Assembly: GCA_963665125.2 (NCBI GenBank)
Contig: CAXXUK010000002.1
Location: 992,001 to 1,056,000, forward strand
Direction of reading: 5' to 3'
Source of the DNA: an uncultured Desulfarculus sp.
Lineage (GTDB): Bacteria; Desulfobacterota; Desulfarculia; Desulfarculales; Desulfarculaceae
Length of the DNA: 64,000 bases
Shown: positions 37,705-48,245 of the stretch, one piece after another
Layout: each line of letters starts with the position of its first letter
Numbering within the stretch: position 1 is the stretch's first letter
The notes under the pieces: generated by a model
Seen by the model: the letters and a program-made list of their open reading frames with translations, nothing else
Told to the model about the DNA's origin: nothing
Databases searched by the model: none
Translations under genes and position numbers: made by a program

Positions 37705-39252
37705 TTAGCCCACCCGGCAGCGGTCCCGTAGCCACAACTCCTCGGCAATGTCGCAGGCCTCTTTTTGGTAGTGCTGCCCGGCCTGGGGGTTGGGCTTCAG
37801 ATCCATGTAGCGGTCGGTCTGCTGGTCGTGGCTGGGCCAATGGGGCAGTCCTTCGCCGTTTGGGTCGCTGTTCTTGGCGAAATTGACCCAATAACTCGTC
37901 ATTATTCCCGACAACTCGCGGTCTTCCGGGGTGATTCCGGGGAAGAAACCCAGGGTGCCGAAGACGTATGGGATGTCCAGGCTGTGGGAGGCGCCCATGG
38001 CGACGGCCTGCTCCTCGGTGCACTGGTACATGGCCGCCACGTATTTGGGGCCGGGCACATGGCTGAAGTTGTAGAGCCATGATCCGTTGGCCGAGGCCGC
38101 GTTGGCCAATAGCCGCACCGGCGCGGCAAAGGTCTGCACCGTGGTGATGGCGGTGAGGCTGGTGTAGACCTCTTCGTCGGAATTGCAGGGGAACAGCTTA
38201 ATCAGCGCCGGGGACAGATCACCGGCCTGGCGCTTGATGGCCTTGTGGTATTTGCTCACGGTTTTCACCGGCAGCCAGCGCACGAAGGCCGTCATGTCGT
38301 CGGCGGTGGAACCGGCCAATACCGGCACCTGGCTCTGGCCGCCCCGGCGGATGACCTCCCAGGGGTCTTCGGGCTGGTGCGCGCCGCCGATGACCGGGCC
38401 CCAGATCATGCCGCCGAACTCGCCGTCGGCCAGGGGCATCTTGGCGATGGCCTGCTTGATCAGGTCCATGGCCGGAATCCGGCGCAGGCCTTCCAGACCG
38501 TCTCCCATTACCTTTTCCAGCTTTTTGCCCATGGTCTCGGCCGCGCTGCGCCAGCCGCAATCCCTGCGCAGATAGCGCTGAAAGGCCGTGGGACCGCCGC
38601 TTTGGCAGATAACCTTGTGGAACAGTCCCTGGGCCGGGGGCGAGCACATCAGGCGGCAGATGCTGATGGCCCCGGCGCTTTGGCCGAACAGGGTCACGTT
38701 GTCCGGGTCGCCGCCGAAATGGGCGATGTTGTCCCGGACCCACTGCAAGGCCGCGATCTGATCCATCAGGCCGTAGTTGCCCGAGCTGTCGTCAGCGGAC
38801 TCGGCCGAGAGAGCCGGGTGGGCCAGCCAGCCCAGCGGACCCAGGCGGTAGTTGAAGGACACCACCACCACGCCTTTGCGGGCGATGTTGGAGCCGTCGT
38901 AAAACAGGATCGAGCCAGAACCGATGACAAAGCCGCCGCCGTGGAGCCAGACCATTACCGGCAGGCGCTTGCCCGCCGCATCGGCCGGGGCCCAGATGTT
39001 CAGGGCCAGGCAGTCTTCATCCACCGGGCCGGGGCTGCCCATGAAATCGGGCTGGGGCGCCGAGGGGCTGGGTTTGTCGCAAAGGCGCACCGCGCTCCAG
39101 GCCTCGGGCGGCTGGGGCGGACGCCAACGGTTTGGCCCAACGGGCGGCGCGGCATAGGGCAGGCCCACAAAGCCGTGGATGCCGTCGTGCTCCAGGCCTT
39201 GCACAGGGCCGCTTGTGGTCTTGATCGCCGGGGTTGTCTTGGTGTTGGTCAT
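37705..39252 (-). CDS. Type-B carboxylesterase
   Basis: EDCLALNIW, HGGGF, FGGDPDNVTLFGQSAG. Confidence 0.92.
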   Translation of the reverse strand: MTNTKTTPAIKTTSGPVQGLEHDGIHGFVGLPYAAPPVGPNRWRPPQPPEAWSAVRLCDKPSPSAPQPDFMGSPGPVDEDCLALNIWAPADAAGKRLPVMVWLHGGGFVIGSGSILFYDGSNIARKGVVVVSFNYRLGPLGWLAHPALSAESADDSSGNYGLMDQIAALQWVRDNIAHFGGDPDNVTLFGQSAGAISICRLMCSPPAQGLFHKVICQSGGPTAFQRYLRRDCGWRSAAETMGKKLEKVMGDGLEGLRRIPAMDLIKQAIAKMPLADGEFGGMIWGPVIGGAHQPEDPWEVIRRGGQSQVPVLAGSTADDMTAFVRWLPVKTVSKYHKAIKRQAGDLSPALIKLFPCNSDEEVYTSLTAITTVQTFAAPVRLLANAASANGSWLYNFSHVPGPKYVAAMYQCTEEQAVAMGASHSLDIPYVFGTLGFFPGITPEDRELSGIMTSYWVNFAKNSDPNGEGLPHWPSHDQQTDRYMDLKPNPQAGQHYQKEACDIAEELWLRDRCRVG

Positions 39253-39680
39253 GGCTGCATATCCGGCCTTACGGAAGGCTCCATCGAGGGCAGGGAAAAG
39301 TGGCTTTGGACGATGAGCCACTGATCATGTTGCCTGATTAATACCGCGGTCAGCCTGGCGTCGACAGTGCTGACCAGTTCTCCGCTGGTAATTATACTGC
39401 GGCATCCGGCGGCGGCCCAGGCCGTATCGTCGTGACCGGCCACCGACAGCCAGGTCAGCTCCTGCCGCAGGTCAAAGGGCTGGGCAAAATCGGCGGCAAA
39501 ACCGGCCCGCAGGTCGCCCGGGCCCAGGCGGATTTCGTCGCCGCTTGAACCTATGGCCAAAACGCCGGACCATGGATGATAGCACGCCATCACGCCTTCA
39601 ATGTCCTTGGCGGCGTATGCGGTAAGCATTCTCTCTAAAACCTCGCCCACCTGCCTGCTGGTCGCTTCATCTGCCTTCAT
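39249..39680 (-). CDS. SnoaL/NTF2-like protein
   Basis: AYAAKDIEGV...RLTAVL..QWLIVQSHFS. Confidence 0.8.
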   Translation of the reverse strand: MKADEATSRQVGEVLERMLTAYAAKDIEGVMACYHPWSGVLAIGSSGDEIRLGPGDLRAGFAADFAQPFDLRQELTWLSVAGHDDTAWAAAGCRSIITSGELVSTVDARLTAVLIRQHDQWLIVQSHFSLPSMEPSVRPDMQP

Positions 39681-39695
39681 GGTCCCGCTCCCTGC

Positions 39696-40619
39696 TCAGG
39701 TTTTCAGTGCGCCCACCAGCTCCGACACGGCCGTGATGTTTTGTCCGGCGCAAAAGTCCCTCAGTTCGTCGGCAATGATCCGGCAGGCCGCCGGGTCGAT
39801 AAACGAGGCCGTGCCCACCTGCACGGCGCTGGCCCCGGCCAGCATGTATTCGGCTGCGTCCTCGCCGCTGATGATGCCGCCCAGGCCCACGATGGGCACG
39901 CCGGGCAGGGCCTTGGCCACCTGCCAGACCACGCGCAGGCCCACGGGCTTGATGGCCGGTCCGGACAGGCCGCCCACCACGTTGGCCAGCATGGGCCTGC
40001 GGGTGCGGGCGTCGATGGCCATGCCCAGAAGGGTGTTGATCATCGAAAGGGCGTCTGCTCCGGCATCCATCGCCGCCTTGGCGATGGGCACCGGGGCGGT
40101 GACGTTGGGCGTCAGTTTTACCCACAGCGGCAGGCCCGTCTGGGAGCGCACGGCCTTGGTCACGCCCGCCACCGCATCAGGGCTGGTGCCGAAGGCCATG
40201 CCGCCTTCCTTGACATTGGGGCAGGAGACGTTGAGCTCCAGGGCGTCGATGCCCTTTTGGCCGTCGAGCCTGCGGGCCAGTTCGGCGAATTCATCCAGGC
40301 TCTCGCCGTACAGGTTGACGATGACCGCCGTGTCCTGCCGGGCCAGCCAAGGCAACTTTTGGGCCAAAAACTCGTCCAGGCCCACGTTGGCCAGGCCGAT
40401 GGCGTTGAGCATGCCCGAGGCCGTCTCGGCCAGGCGCGGCGGGGCGTTGCCCGCCCTGGGTTTCAGGCTGATGCCCTTGGTGACCAGGCCTCCGATATCG
40501 GCCAGGTCCAGGTAAGGCGTGTATTCCGGGCCGTAACCGAACGTGCCGCTGGCGGCGATGACCGGGTTTTTCAGGCGCAGCCCGCCGACATGGGCGGTCA
40601 TGTCTACTTGTTGGTTCAC
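39696..40619 (-). CDS. pyrD: Dihydroorotate dehydrogenase B catalytic subunit
   Basis: NPVIAASGTFG, ELNVSCPN, KLTPNV, GGLSGPAIKP; GTG start overlaps upstream stop. Confidence 0.95.
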   Translation of the reverse strand: MNQQVDMTAHVGGLRLKNPVIAASGTFGYGPEYTPYLDLADIGGLVTKGISLKPRAGNAPPRLAETASGMLNAIGLANVGLDEFLAQKLPWLARQDTAVIVNLYGESLDEFAELARRLDGQKGIDALELNVSCPNVKEGGMAFGTSPDAVAGVTKAVRSQTGLPLWVKLTPNVTAPVPIAKAAMDAGADALSMINTLLGMAIDARTRRPMLANVVGGLSGPAIKPVGLRVVWQVAKALPGVPIVGLGGIISGEDAAEYMLAGASAVQVGTASFIDPAACRIIADELRDFCAGQNITAVSELVGALKT

Positions 40620-41287
40620 TGGTCTATTCCCAGTTCGGCGGCCAAATGTTGCCGCCACAGATCAATGTGCTCGAAGGTGTAGCTTTCGTTCCACGAATCC
40701 AGGATTTCACCCAGGGGCAATTCGTCGCGGTGGCCGCGTTTGAGCTTGTAGTTGATATAGGGGCTGCCGTCCAGGGTCTTGTCGGGCAGCATCAGGTTTT
40801 CGCCGCTGACGTATTCCACCACGGGATAGCCCTTGCGGTCGCAAAGGGCCTTGTCGAAGGTCGGCGTGGCCATGCGCCAGGCCCCGTCGATCCACCACTC
40901 GGTGTAGCTGTGATAGGTGAACACGCGGGTTCCGCCCATCATGTCCACCACCTCCTGGTCAATGGTCATGTTTTCGATATCGGCAAAGCACATCCGGGCC
41001 GGGATGCCCGCGGCCCTGGCCAGGGTGGTCAGCAAACAGGATTTTTGAACGCAGTAGCCCTCGCCCCGTTCGATTATGGCCGAGGCAAGGTAGAATTTCA
41101 TGTCCCAGAACGGCGCGTTCATGGTGTAGACCACCTGATCGCGGACCCACTCGAACAAAGCCCTGGCCTTTTCATCGTCCGTGGCGGCCCCGGCGGTTAT
41201 CTCGGCGGCCAGCTTGATGATCCGCGGGTTGTCGCATTCGATGCCCGGCGCGGGCTTGAGGTACTGGTCCAGATCATTATCCATCAC
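40616..41287 (-). CDS. Transglutaminase-like protein
   Basis: GYCVQKS..L.RAAGIPAR, HSYTEWWIDG.W. Confidence 0.85.
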   Translation of the reverse strand: MMDNDLDQYLKPAPGIECDNPRIIKLAAEITAGAATDDEKARALFEWVRDQVVYTMNAPFWDMKFYLASAIIERGEGYCVQKSCLLTTLARAAGIPARMCFADIENMTIDQEVVDMMGGTRVFTYHSYTEWWIDGAWRMATPTFDKALCDRKGYPVVEYVSGENLMLPDKTLDGSPYINYKLKRGHRDELPLGEILDSWNESYTFEHIDLWRQHLAAELGIDQ

Positions 41288-41320
41288 ACGTGCTCCACGT
41301 ATAAGTGTTTGCTGTGGGTT

Positions 41321-42097
41321 TTACATCCTTTGCCAATCGATCCGCCGGGCGTCGAAGACCGGTCCGTCTTTGCAGACACGCAGGTAGCCGCCGCCCTCGG
41401 CCGGTACGGCGCAGCCCAGGCATGCCCCCACGCCGCAGGCCATCTTGGCCTCCAGGCTCACCTGGCAGGGCATGCCTTTGTCTAGGCATATAGCGGCCAC
41501 GGCTTTGAGCATGGGCGCCGGGCCGCAGGCCAACACGGCGTCGCAATCGCCCAGGGCCGGGTCCATCAACTCCGTCACCAAGCCCTTGGCCCCGTGGCTG
41601 CCGTCTTCGGTGGCCCAGTTCATGGCGCAGGTGGCCTGGCCAAGGCAGTCGGCCATCAGGCCGATGAGCCCGGTGAAGCCCATTGCGCCCGGCAGGCCGC
41701 ACATCAGCGGCGCGGAAACGCCCCTGGCCGCCAGTTGTTGGGCCAGAAAGTGAAGCGGGGCGATGCCCATGCCTCCGGCCACCAATGCCGGTTTTTTAAA
41801 TTCCAGGGAAAAACCATTGCCCAGGGGACCCCACATGCCCAGTTTGCCGCCGGGCTCCAGTCCCCTGAGCAGGCCGGTGCCCTTGCCCACGACCTTGTAC
41901 AGGATGCTGATCCTGTCGCCCTGGGCATTGTGCACGCCAAAGGGCCGGGCCAGCAGCGGGTCCAGCCCGTCGGCGACTCGGAGCATGATGAACTGGCCGG
42001 GCCGGGCCTGGGCGGCGGCCTCGGGGGCCTCCAACTCCATCAGGAAGATATCTTGTTCCACTTGGCGGTGGCTGGTAATGGTCGCCTTGTCGTTCAC
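41321..42097 (-). CDS. pyrK: Dihydroorotate dehydrogenase electron transfer subunit
   Basis: PGQF, RPF, GPLGNGF, GGMGIAP, MACGVGACLGC...CKDGPVF. Confidence 0.93.
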   Translation of the reverse strand: MNDKATITSHRQVEQDIFLMELEAPEAAAQARPGQFIMLRVADGLDPLLARPFGVHNAQGDRISILYKVVGKGTGLLRGLEPGGKLGMWGPLGNGFSLEFKKPALVAGGMGIAPLHFLAQQLAARGVSAPLMCGLPGAMGFTGLIGLMADCLGQATCAMNWATEDGSHGAKGLVTELMDPALGDCDAVLACGPAPMLKAVAAICLDKGMPCQVSLEAKMACGVGACLGCAVPAEGGGYLRVCKDGPVFDARRIDWQRM

Positions 42098-42858
42098 GAA
42101 TGGTCCTTATTTGGCCGCAGGGCGGCTATGGTGCCGAAGCGGCCGGTGACGCCGTCGCGGCGGTATGAAAAAAACCTGTGGTCGCACTTGGTGCACAGGC
42201 CGCTGGCCTCGATGTTTTCCGGGCGCATTCCGCATTTGGTCAACTGGGCCTTGGTGGCCTCCACCAGGTCGAAGTGGGTGTCGTTGACCCGGAATTGGCT
42301 GAACCAGCCGGGCAGCTCATCTCGCCAGTTGACGAATTCGCCGCAGCAGGCCCCCAGGCTGGGCGATATGGCCGCCCTGATCTTGGCCGGGTCGGCGTTG
42401 TATTTGTGGCGCAGCATATCCACGCCCACGGCGGGCATGTTTTGCACGTTGCCCCGCCATCCCACATGCAGATTGGCCAGGACCCCGGCCTCGGGCTCGT
42501 AGAGGATGACCGCCTGGCAGTCGGCCTGCTTGATCAATAGGCCCACGCCGGGCGTTGTGGTGACCAGACCGTCGGCCTCGGCTATCCGGCCGGTTGCGCC
42601 GGGTCCGGCTTCGGCTATCTCCACGCCGTGGACCTGTTTGGCGAAGACCAGGCTGTCCAGGCCCAGGGCAAGTTGGAGTTCATCCAGATTGCGCCGCACC
42701 ATGTCCGGTTCGCCGTGGCCGAAGGCCAAGTTCATATGATCCGGCCGGTCCGGGTTCGCCCCGCCGTTGCGGGTGGTTACCGCGTGGGCCAGCCCAGGCT
42801 CGGCGGCCAGGGACGAAAAGCCCATCAGATCCAGGCCGTTTATTTGCACCTCAAACAT
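42094..42858 (-). CDS. pgeF: YfiH/PgeF purine nucleoside phosphorylase-like protein
   Basis: QVHG, ADC, HVGWRG, FFSYRR. Confidence 0.88.
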   Translation of the reverse strand: MFEVQINGLDLMGFSSLAAEPGLAHAVTTRNGGANPDRPDHMNLAFGHGEPDMVRRNLDELQLALGLDSLVFAKQVHGVEIAEAGPGATGRIAEADGLVTTTPGVGLLIKQADCQAVILYEPEAGVLANLHVGWRGNVQNMPAVGVDMLRHKYNADPAKIRAAISPSLGACCGEFVNWRDELPGWFSQFRVNDTHFDLVEATKAQLTKCGMRPENIEASGLCTKCDHRFFSYRRDGVTGRFGTIAALRPNKDHS

Positions 42859-42917
42859 GAATGTAATTTACCCTGCCTTGGCCCGGACAGTCAAAGGTCC
42901 GCCACATGGGCTGTTGC

Positions 42918-44171
42918 CTAGCTGCGGTAGGCCACGTTGAGTTCGATATAGCCATGGTCCAAGTCGCTGGCCATGATCCAATACTCCGCATCGCCAAGCC
43001 CAAGGTCGATGCGTACGCTGACCCTGGGCACCTTCATGGCATCCCCGGCCCGCTTTTCGGCCTCGACGCTGGTGCGCAGGCCGCCTTCGGCCACCTGGAT
43101 CTCCTGGATCCATACCTTGGCCTTGGCCGGGTCAAAGGGCAGGTCTTCCCTGGCGGCCTCGGCCCCTGCCGCCGAGAGCATGCGGCCCCAGTAGGCGTCC
43201 GGGCTGGCGATGGCCGTCTTGACCAGGGGCGAGTTGCCGATGGCAAAGGCCAGCTTGCGGGCGCTTTTTACGTCCGCCGCGCCGTTGAGGTGGAACAGGG
43301 CCATGCGTCCGGCCCCTTCGCCGTCGCAGACCATCATCTGGGCCAGGTCCTGGGCAACTCTGGTCACGGCTTCGGTCAGGGCCTCGATCCCCGCCGCGCC
43401 CGGCTCCAGGCGCTTGTTGTCCGCCTTGCCGCTGGCCAACAGCAATGCCGTGTCATTGGTGGACATGTCGCCGTCGACGGTAATGCGGTGGAAACTGTAG
43501 TCCAGGGCCGAGCGCAGCACCTGCTTGAGCGCCTCGGGCGAGGCGTCGGCGTCGGTGAGGATGAAGCACAGGGTCGTGGCCATGTCCGGCCGGATCATGC
43601 CCGCGCCCTTGGTCATGCCCACAACGGTCACGGTCTTGCCGTCGATCACCGCCTGGGCAGAAGACATCTTGCGGAAGGCGTCGGTGGTCATGATGGCCCC
43701 GGCCGCTTCTTCGATGCCATCCGGGCGCAGGCCGCTTTTCAGGGCCTCGAGCTTGGCGCAGACCTTTGCGTCGTCCAAAACCTGGCCGATGACGCCGGTG
43801 GAGCAGGGGATGATCTGTTCGGCGGTGCAGCCCAGGACCTTGGCCGTTCCGGCGCAGGTGCGCAGGCAGGCGTCCAGGCCGGGCTGGCCGGTGGCCGCGT
43901 TGGCCCCGCCGCTGTTGGCCAGGATGGCTTTGATCTTGCCCACGGCGATGTTGGCCCTGGCCACGCCCACCGGCGCGGCAAACATGCGGTTGGTGGTGAA
44001 CATGCCCGCAGCGTCGGCGGGCTCGTCGGCCACGATCAGGGTCAGGTCTTCCCGTCCGTCGGCGCGCAGGCCGCAGGCGATGGCCGCGGCCTTGAAGCCG
44101 GCAACCATGGTTTGGGCCGGTTCGGGGCAATACTTGAGAGGGCCTTCTATAAGTTTCGGCAAAAAGCTCAT
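42918..44171 (-). CDS. argJ: Ornithine acetyltransferase ArgJ
   Basis: ANAATG, STGVIG, KGAGMIRPDMAT, DGDMSTND, DGEGA, SPLVKTA. Confidence 0.95.
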   Translation of the reverse strand: MSFLPKLIEGPLKYCPEPAQTMVAGFKAAAIACGLRADGREDLTLIVADEPADAAGMFTTNRMFAAPVGVARANIAVGKIKAILANSGGANAATGQPGLDACLRTCAGTAKVLGCTAEQIIPCSTGVIGQVLDDAKVCAKLEALKSGLRPDGIEEAAGAIMTTDAFRKMSSAQAVIDGKTVTVVGMTKGAGMIRPDMATTLCFILTDADASPEALKQVLRSALDYSFHRITVDGDMSTNDTALLLASGKADNKRLEPGAAGIEALTEAVTRVAQDLAQMMVCDGEGAGRMALFHLNGAADVKSARKLAFAIGNSPLVKTAIASPDAYWGRMLSAAGAEAAREDLPFDPAKAKVWIQEIQVAEGGLRTSVEAEKRAGDAMKVPRVSVRIDLGLGDAEYWIMASDLDHGYIELNVAYRS

Positions 44172-44357
44172 TTGGCTCTTCCCCATGCAGTCTAGGGTTG
44201 CTATTTCAACAGGGGCCACGTTGCCGGAGGCAAAATGCGTTCAGGCATTTTACTACATTCAATGATATCAGGCGCGTCATAAGTCCTGCTTGACCCTTGC
44301 TGACGCGCCGTAGTAATAACCATCAATGGCTTGATCTGACGCCGCATTGGAGGACTT

Positions 44358-45710
44358 TTGGGTAAGAGCAGCGTTGATATCCTCGTATTGGGCTGCGGTC
44401 CGGCCGGTCTGGGCGCGGGCCTGCGTCTGGCCGAAAGGGGCGACTGCTCCTGGGCCGTTCTGGAAGCGGCGGACAATGCCGCCGGTCTGAGTGCTTCGAT
44501 CACCGATGACAATGGTTTCACCTGGGACCTGGGCGGTCATGTGTTCTTCTCCAACTACCCGGAATTCGGCCAATTGATGGACCGGGCCACGGGCGGGACA
44601 ATGGCCCTGAGGAACCGCCGGGCAATTGTCTATTACAAGGACCGCTGGGTGGATTTTCCGTTCCAGAATCATCTAGGCATGCTGCCGAAGTCCGATGCCA
44701 AACGCTGCGCCAAGGACCTGCAGGCCGCGCCCGGCGGCAAACCGGGCCAGAACTTCGAATCCTGGAGTGTTGATGTCTACGGAGCGGCCCTGGCCGAGGT
44801 GTTTTTTCACCCCTTCAACGCCAAGCTCTGGCAAACGCCCCTGAAACAGATGGGCAGCCAATGGGTGGGTCAGAGGGTGGCCCCGCCCGAGACCAAGGAC
44901 GGCGCCGCATCCTGGGGCCCCAACAATTCCTACTACTACCCGGAAAAAGGCGGTTGCGCCGCGCCGTTCGTGAACCTTGCCGGCGATCTGGGTTCAAATG
45001 TCAAATACGGCCAGGCCGTTGAAACAGTGGACCTGGACAAACGCCGGGTTGTCTGCGCGGGCGGCGGGTCCTGGGGCTTTGAGCGCCTGGTGTCCACCAT
45101 TCCCCTGAACAGGCTGGTGGAGATCATCAAGCCGCAACCTCCGGCGGATGTACTCCGGGCCGCGGCCGCGCTACGCCACAACCAGATGTGGCTGGTGGGA
45201 CTGGGCTATGATCAACCCACGCCGGATGTGGCTGGATCGTGGATGTATTTCCCCGAGACGCGCTGGCCCTTTCAGAGGCTGACCAACATGGCCGCCCATA
45301 GCCCCGGCAACCTGCCCGGCGGCGACCCGTCGCGCCAGAGCGCCTGGCTGGCCGAGGTGCCGGTGCGCAAGCGCCGGGCCTGGCGGCCCGACGCCCTGGT
45401 CAAGATGCTGCACCAGTCCCTGGCCGATATCGGCTTCAGGAAACCGGATGCCCAGCCGGTTAGCAGCTTTACACACTACCTGCCCATGGCCTATCCTGTG
45501 CCTACGTTGGGGCGCGAAGACGCCCTGGCCGAAATCCACTGCTGGCTGGAGTATCAGGACATCCTCAGCCGGGGTCGTTTCGGCGGCTGGATCTATGAGG
45601 TCGGCAATATGGACCACGCCGTTATCATGGGGCGTGAGGCAGTGGACAGATTTCTTGACGACAAGGGCGAGCAATTATGGATAGCGCAGTGGAGACTCCT
45701 GAAACCGTAG
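44358..45710 (+). CDS. FAD-dependent oxidoreductase, HemY/eukaryotic-type UDP-galactopyranose mutase-like
   Basis: GCGPAG, FTWDLGGHVFFS, WGPNNSYYYP, AYPVPT, SRGRFGGW.YEVGNMDH. Confidence 0.8.
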   Translation: MGKSSVDILVLGCGPAGLGAGLRLAERGDCSWAVLEAADNAAGLSASITDDNGFTWDLGGHVFFSNYPEFGQLMDRATGGTMALRNRRAIVYYKDRWVDFPFQNHLGMLPKSDAKRCAKDLQAAPGGKPGQNFESWSVDVYGAALAEVFFHPFNAKLWQTPLKQMGSQWVGQRVAPPETKDGAASWGPNNSYYYPEKGGCAAPFVNLAGDLGSNVKYGQAVETVDLDKRRVVCAGGGSWGFERLVSTIPLNRLVEIIKPQPPADVLRAAAALRHNQMWLVGLGYDQPTPDVAGSWMYFPETRWPFQRLTNMAAHSPGNLPGGDPSRQSAWLAEVPVRKRRAWRPDALVKMLHQSLADIGFRKPDAQPVSSFTHYLPMAYPVPTLGREDALAEIHCWLEYQDILSRGRFGGWIYEVGNMDHAVIMGREAVDRFLDDKGEQLWIAQWRLLKP

Positions 45711-46393
45711 ACGTGGTCATGCCCGCCTACAACGAGGAAGAGGCCATCGAGCTTGCCGTGATGGAGGTTCTTGAGTCCATCGTCTTGAAGCTGCCCGGCT
45801 CTCGGCTGATCGTCGTGGACGACGGCAGCACCGACAGCACCAGGGACATCCTCTACGCCTTGTCCGAAAAACACAATGAAATCAAGGTCATCAGCCAGAC
45901 CAACGCCGGGCATGGTCCGGCCCTGGTTACGGGCATGGCCCTGAGCAGCGCGCCGTGGATATTTTTGATCGACTCCGACCGCCAGCAGGACGCGGCCGAT
46001 TTTTGGAACCTGTGGAACGTGCGCGATGAAAACGACCTTGTCATGGGCGTGCGCCAGGGCCGCGACGACGGCAAGGGCCGGGCGGTGATCAGCGCGGGTC
46101 TGCGCCAACTGGGCCTAATCTTGTTCGGGGCCCGCCTGTCCGACCCCAACGTGCCGTTCAAACTTGTGTCCCGGCGTTTGTGGGTGGTGGCCGGGCCCAT
46201 CATAGGCCCCTGCTGCCTTATCCCTTCGGCGGCGTTGGCCCTCATCGCCTCCCGCCGCAACTTCGCCATCGCCGAGGTGCCCATCAGCCACCGGGACCGC
46301 CAGGGCGGCAAGACCACGCTTATCGGCTGGCGTTTGATTCGCCTGTGCCTGCGGGCGGCCCATCAACTCCTGCGGCTGCGGCGGGTCGCCTGA
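45677..46393 (+). CDS. GT2 glycosyltransferase (polyprenol-phosphate glycosyltransferase-like)
   Basis: VVMPAYNEE, VDDGSTD, DSD.Q, EVPISHRDRQGG. Confidence 0.88.
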   Translation: MDSAVETPETVDVVMPAYNEEEAIELAVMEVLESIVLKLPGSRLIVVDDGSTDSTRDILYALSEKHNEIKVISQTNAGHGPALVTGMALSSAPWIFLIDSDRQQDAADFWNLWNVRDENDLVMGVRQGRDDGKGRAVISAGLRQLGLILFGARLSDPNVPFKLVSRRLWVVAGPIIGPCCLIPSAALALIASRRNFAIAEVPISHRDRQGGKTTLIGWRLIRLCLRAAHQLLRLRRVA

Positions 46394-48245
46394 CGAATAT
46401 GGTCACATCCTTGCGGTAGGGCCATTTTTTCAGGTCCCGGCCCGGAAACTCGTGGCTGATAAAGTAATCGCCCAGCATGCTCCAATACGAGGCCTGGCCC
46501 AGCTTGGCCTTGAAGTCATCCCAGCTTAGATATTGATAATCCTGGATCGGCCACCAGACTATGGTCACAATCTCGCTGTCGTGGGTCTTCGCCAGCAGGT
46601 CTTGCATTTTTTGGTCGGGCGCGTGGTAGATAAGCGCGGCGGCCTTGACTCTCTGATCGTCATTGGCGTGGGCGTCCAGCCGAACCTTGGGGAACAGGCG
46701 GGAGTACCAGGCCATGGGCCAAGCCGACTCCTGGTCATAGATCACCTCGCCATTTTCCGGGTCGGCCTTGGCCACGGCCAGGGCCTGTTCCAGTCCGGGC
46801 TTGAGGAACGGCGTGGCGTGGGCATAGATCAACAGCTCGTGGGCCAGCTCGGGCTGGAAGTACACGGCCCGCAGGCTCACCCGCAGGCTATGGGCGGCGG
46901 CAAGCGCCAAAAGGGCGATGCCGCACCAGGCCAAGACTTTTTTTGCCGGGTTTGCGCCGGCCCGGCCCAGCCATGCCCACACCCGGTCCAGCCACCAGCC
47001 GCCCAACAGGCACAGGGGCAGGCCGATGTGCACCATGAGCCAGGGCATTTTTTCCCCGGCGATGCTGTAGGCCACCATGGCGTAGACCGCCCAAAATGCC
47101 GCCAGCAGGGGCAGCCACGGTTCGCCGCCCAAGGCCTTTGACTCCCCGGGCCAGTTGCGGCGGCTCCTGACCAGGGCCACACCGCCGCCGACGCCCAGAA
47201 CAAGGGGCAAAAACTCATACAAGGCCGTGAGCATCAAATAGTAGAACCAGGGCTGGCCGCCCCTGGCCACGCCGTGCTGGCCCAGCCAATATCCGGCGCT
47301 GCCCACGAATCCGCTGATCACGCCGCCGGGCAGGTTGCGCAGGAAATTGCTGAACAACAACATGTCAATGAGCCACATCAGACAGGCCGCCGCCAGGACA
47401 TCCAGCACGCCCAATTGGGTTGGCCGCCCGCCCCAGAGTTTGTGTTTGCCGAACCAGAGCCAGGCCAGCGCCGCGGCAACCAGGCCCATGGCTCCGATGA
47501 CGATCTTGCCGTGCAGCTGGGCCTGAGGGCTGACGAAATCCGCCGGATTCCAGCCCAGGACCATGTGCACCATTGGCGAGGCAAAGGGCAGGGCCATCAC
47601 CAGCATGATCCAGGCCGCCTGACAGGCGCTGTTGTGGCGGATGCTTTTGCCCCCGCGCCTGGCCCGCAACAGGCCCAGGACCATCAGATACGCGCCGATG
47701 AACGCGCCGAAGATGAAGACGGTTTCCTTGCAGGCAAAGGCCAGGGCCATGACCACGGCCATGCCCCAGAGCCAGCCGCGGCCCCTGACGGCCACGAAGC
47801 GCATCAGCGCCCAAAGCCAGACCAGGCACAACAGGGCGAAGAGCACGTCATTGCGCATGTAGCGGCTGTAATAGAGCAGGCTGGGGCTGAAGGCCAGCAG
47901 CAGGCCCGCGGCCAGGGCTCCCATCCGGCCCAGATGCCGCCTGAACAGCAGCGGCGCGGCCACCAGGGCCGTACCGGCCAGGGTGAAGATGACCCGGGCG
48001 CTGAAGTCGCCGGCCCCGAACAGCCAGAAGATGCCGGCGTTGAGCTGGAACAACAGCGGCCCGTGCATCATGGGGTCGTGGTTGTGGATGCCCCAAAGGG
48101 CCAGGTGGTTGCTGAAATAGGCGTGCAGGCTCTCATCGTGGCTCATGGCCCGCAGACCCAAATCCCAAAGGCGCATGACCAGGGACCCGGCCAGCAGTAC
48201 TGCCCAGAGGACGACCTCGGCGGTTTTCTTGGCGCCTTGCTTCAC
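46320..48245 (-). CDS. TIGR03663/Agl23-like GT-C membrane protein
   Basis: LGLRAMSHDESLHA, HGPLLF, SPSLLYYSRYMRND, CKET, EKMPWL. Confidence 0.82.
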   Translation of the reverse strand: MKQGAKKTAEVVLWAVLLAGSLVMRLWDLGLRAMSHDESLHAYFSNHLALWGIHNHDPMMHGPLLFQLNAGIFWLFGAGDFSARVIFTLAGTALVAAPLLFRRHLGRMGALAAGLLLAFSPSLLYYSRYMRNDVLFALLCLVWLWALMRFVAVRGRGWLWGMAVVMALAFACKETVFIFGAFIGAYLMVLGLLRARRGGKSIRHNSACQAAWIMLVMALPFASPMVHMVLGWNPADFVSPQAQLHGKIVIGAMGLVAAALAWLWFGKHKLWGGRPTQLGVLDVLAAACLMWLIDMLLFSNFLRNLPGGVISGFVGSAGYWLGQHGVARGGQPWFYYLMLTALYEFLPLVLGVGGGVALVRSRRNWPGESKALGGEPWLPLLAAFWAVYAMVAYSIAGEKMPWLMVHIGLPLCLLGGWWLDRVWAWLGRAGANPAKKVLAWCGIALLALAAAHSLRVSLRAVYFQPELAHELLIYAHATPFLKPGLEQALAVAKADPENGEVIYDQESAWPMAWYSRLFPKVRLDAHANDDQRVKAAALIYHAPDQKMQDLLAKTHDSEIVTIVWWPIQDYQYLSWDDFKAKLGQASYWSMLGDYFISHEFPGRDLKKWPYRKDVTIFVRRPAAAAGVDGPPAGTGESNASR

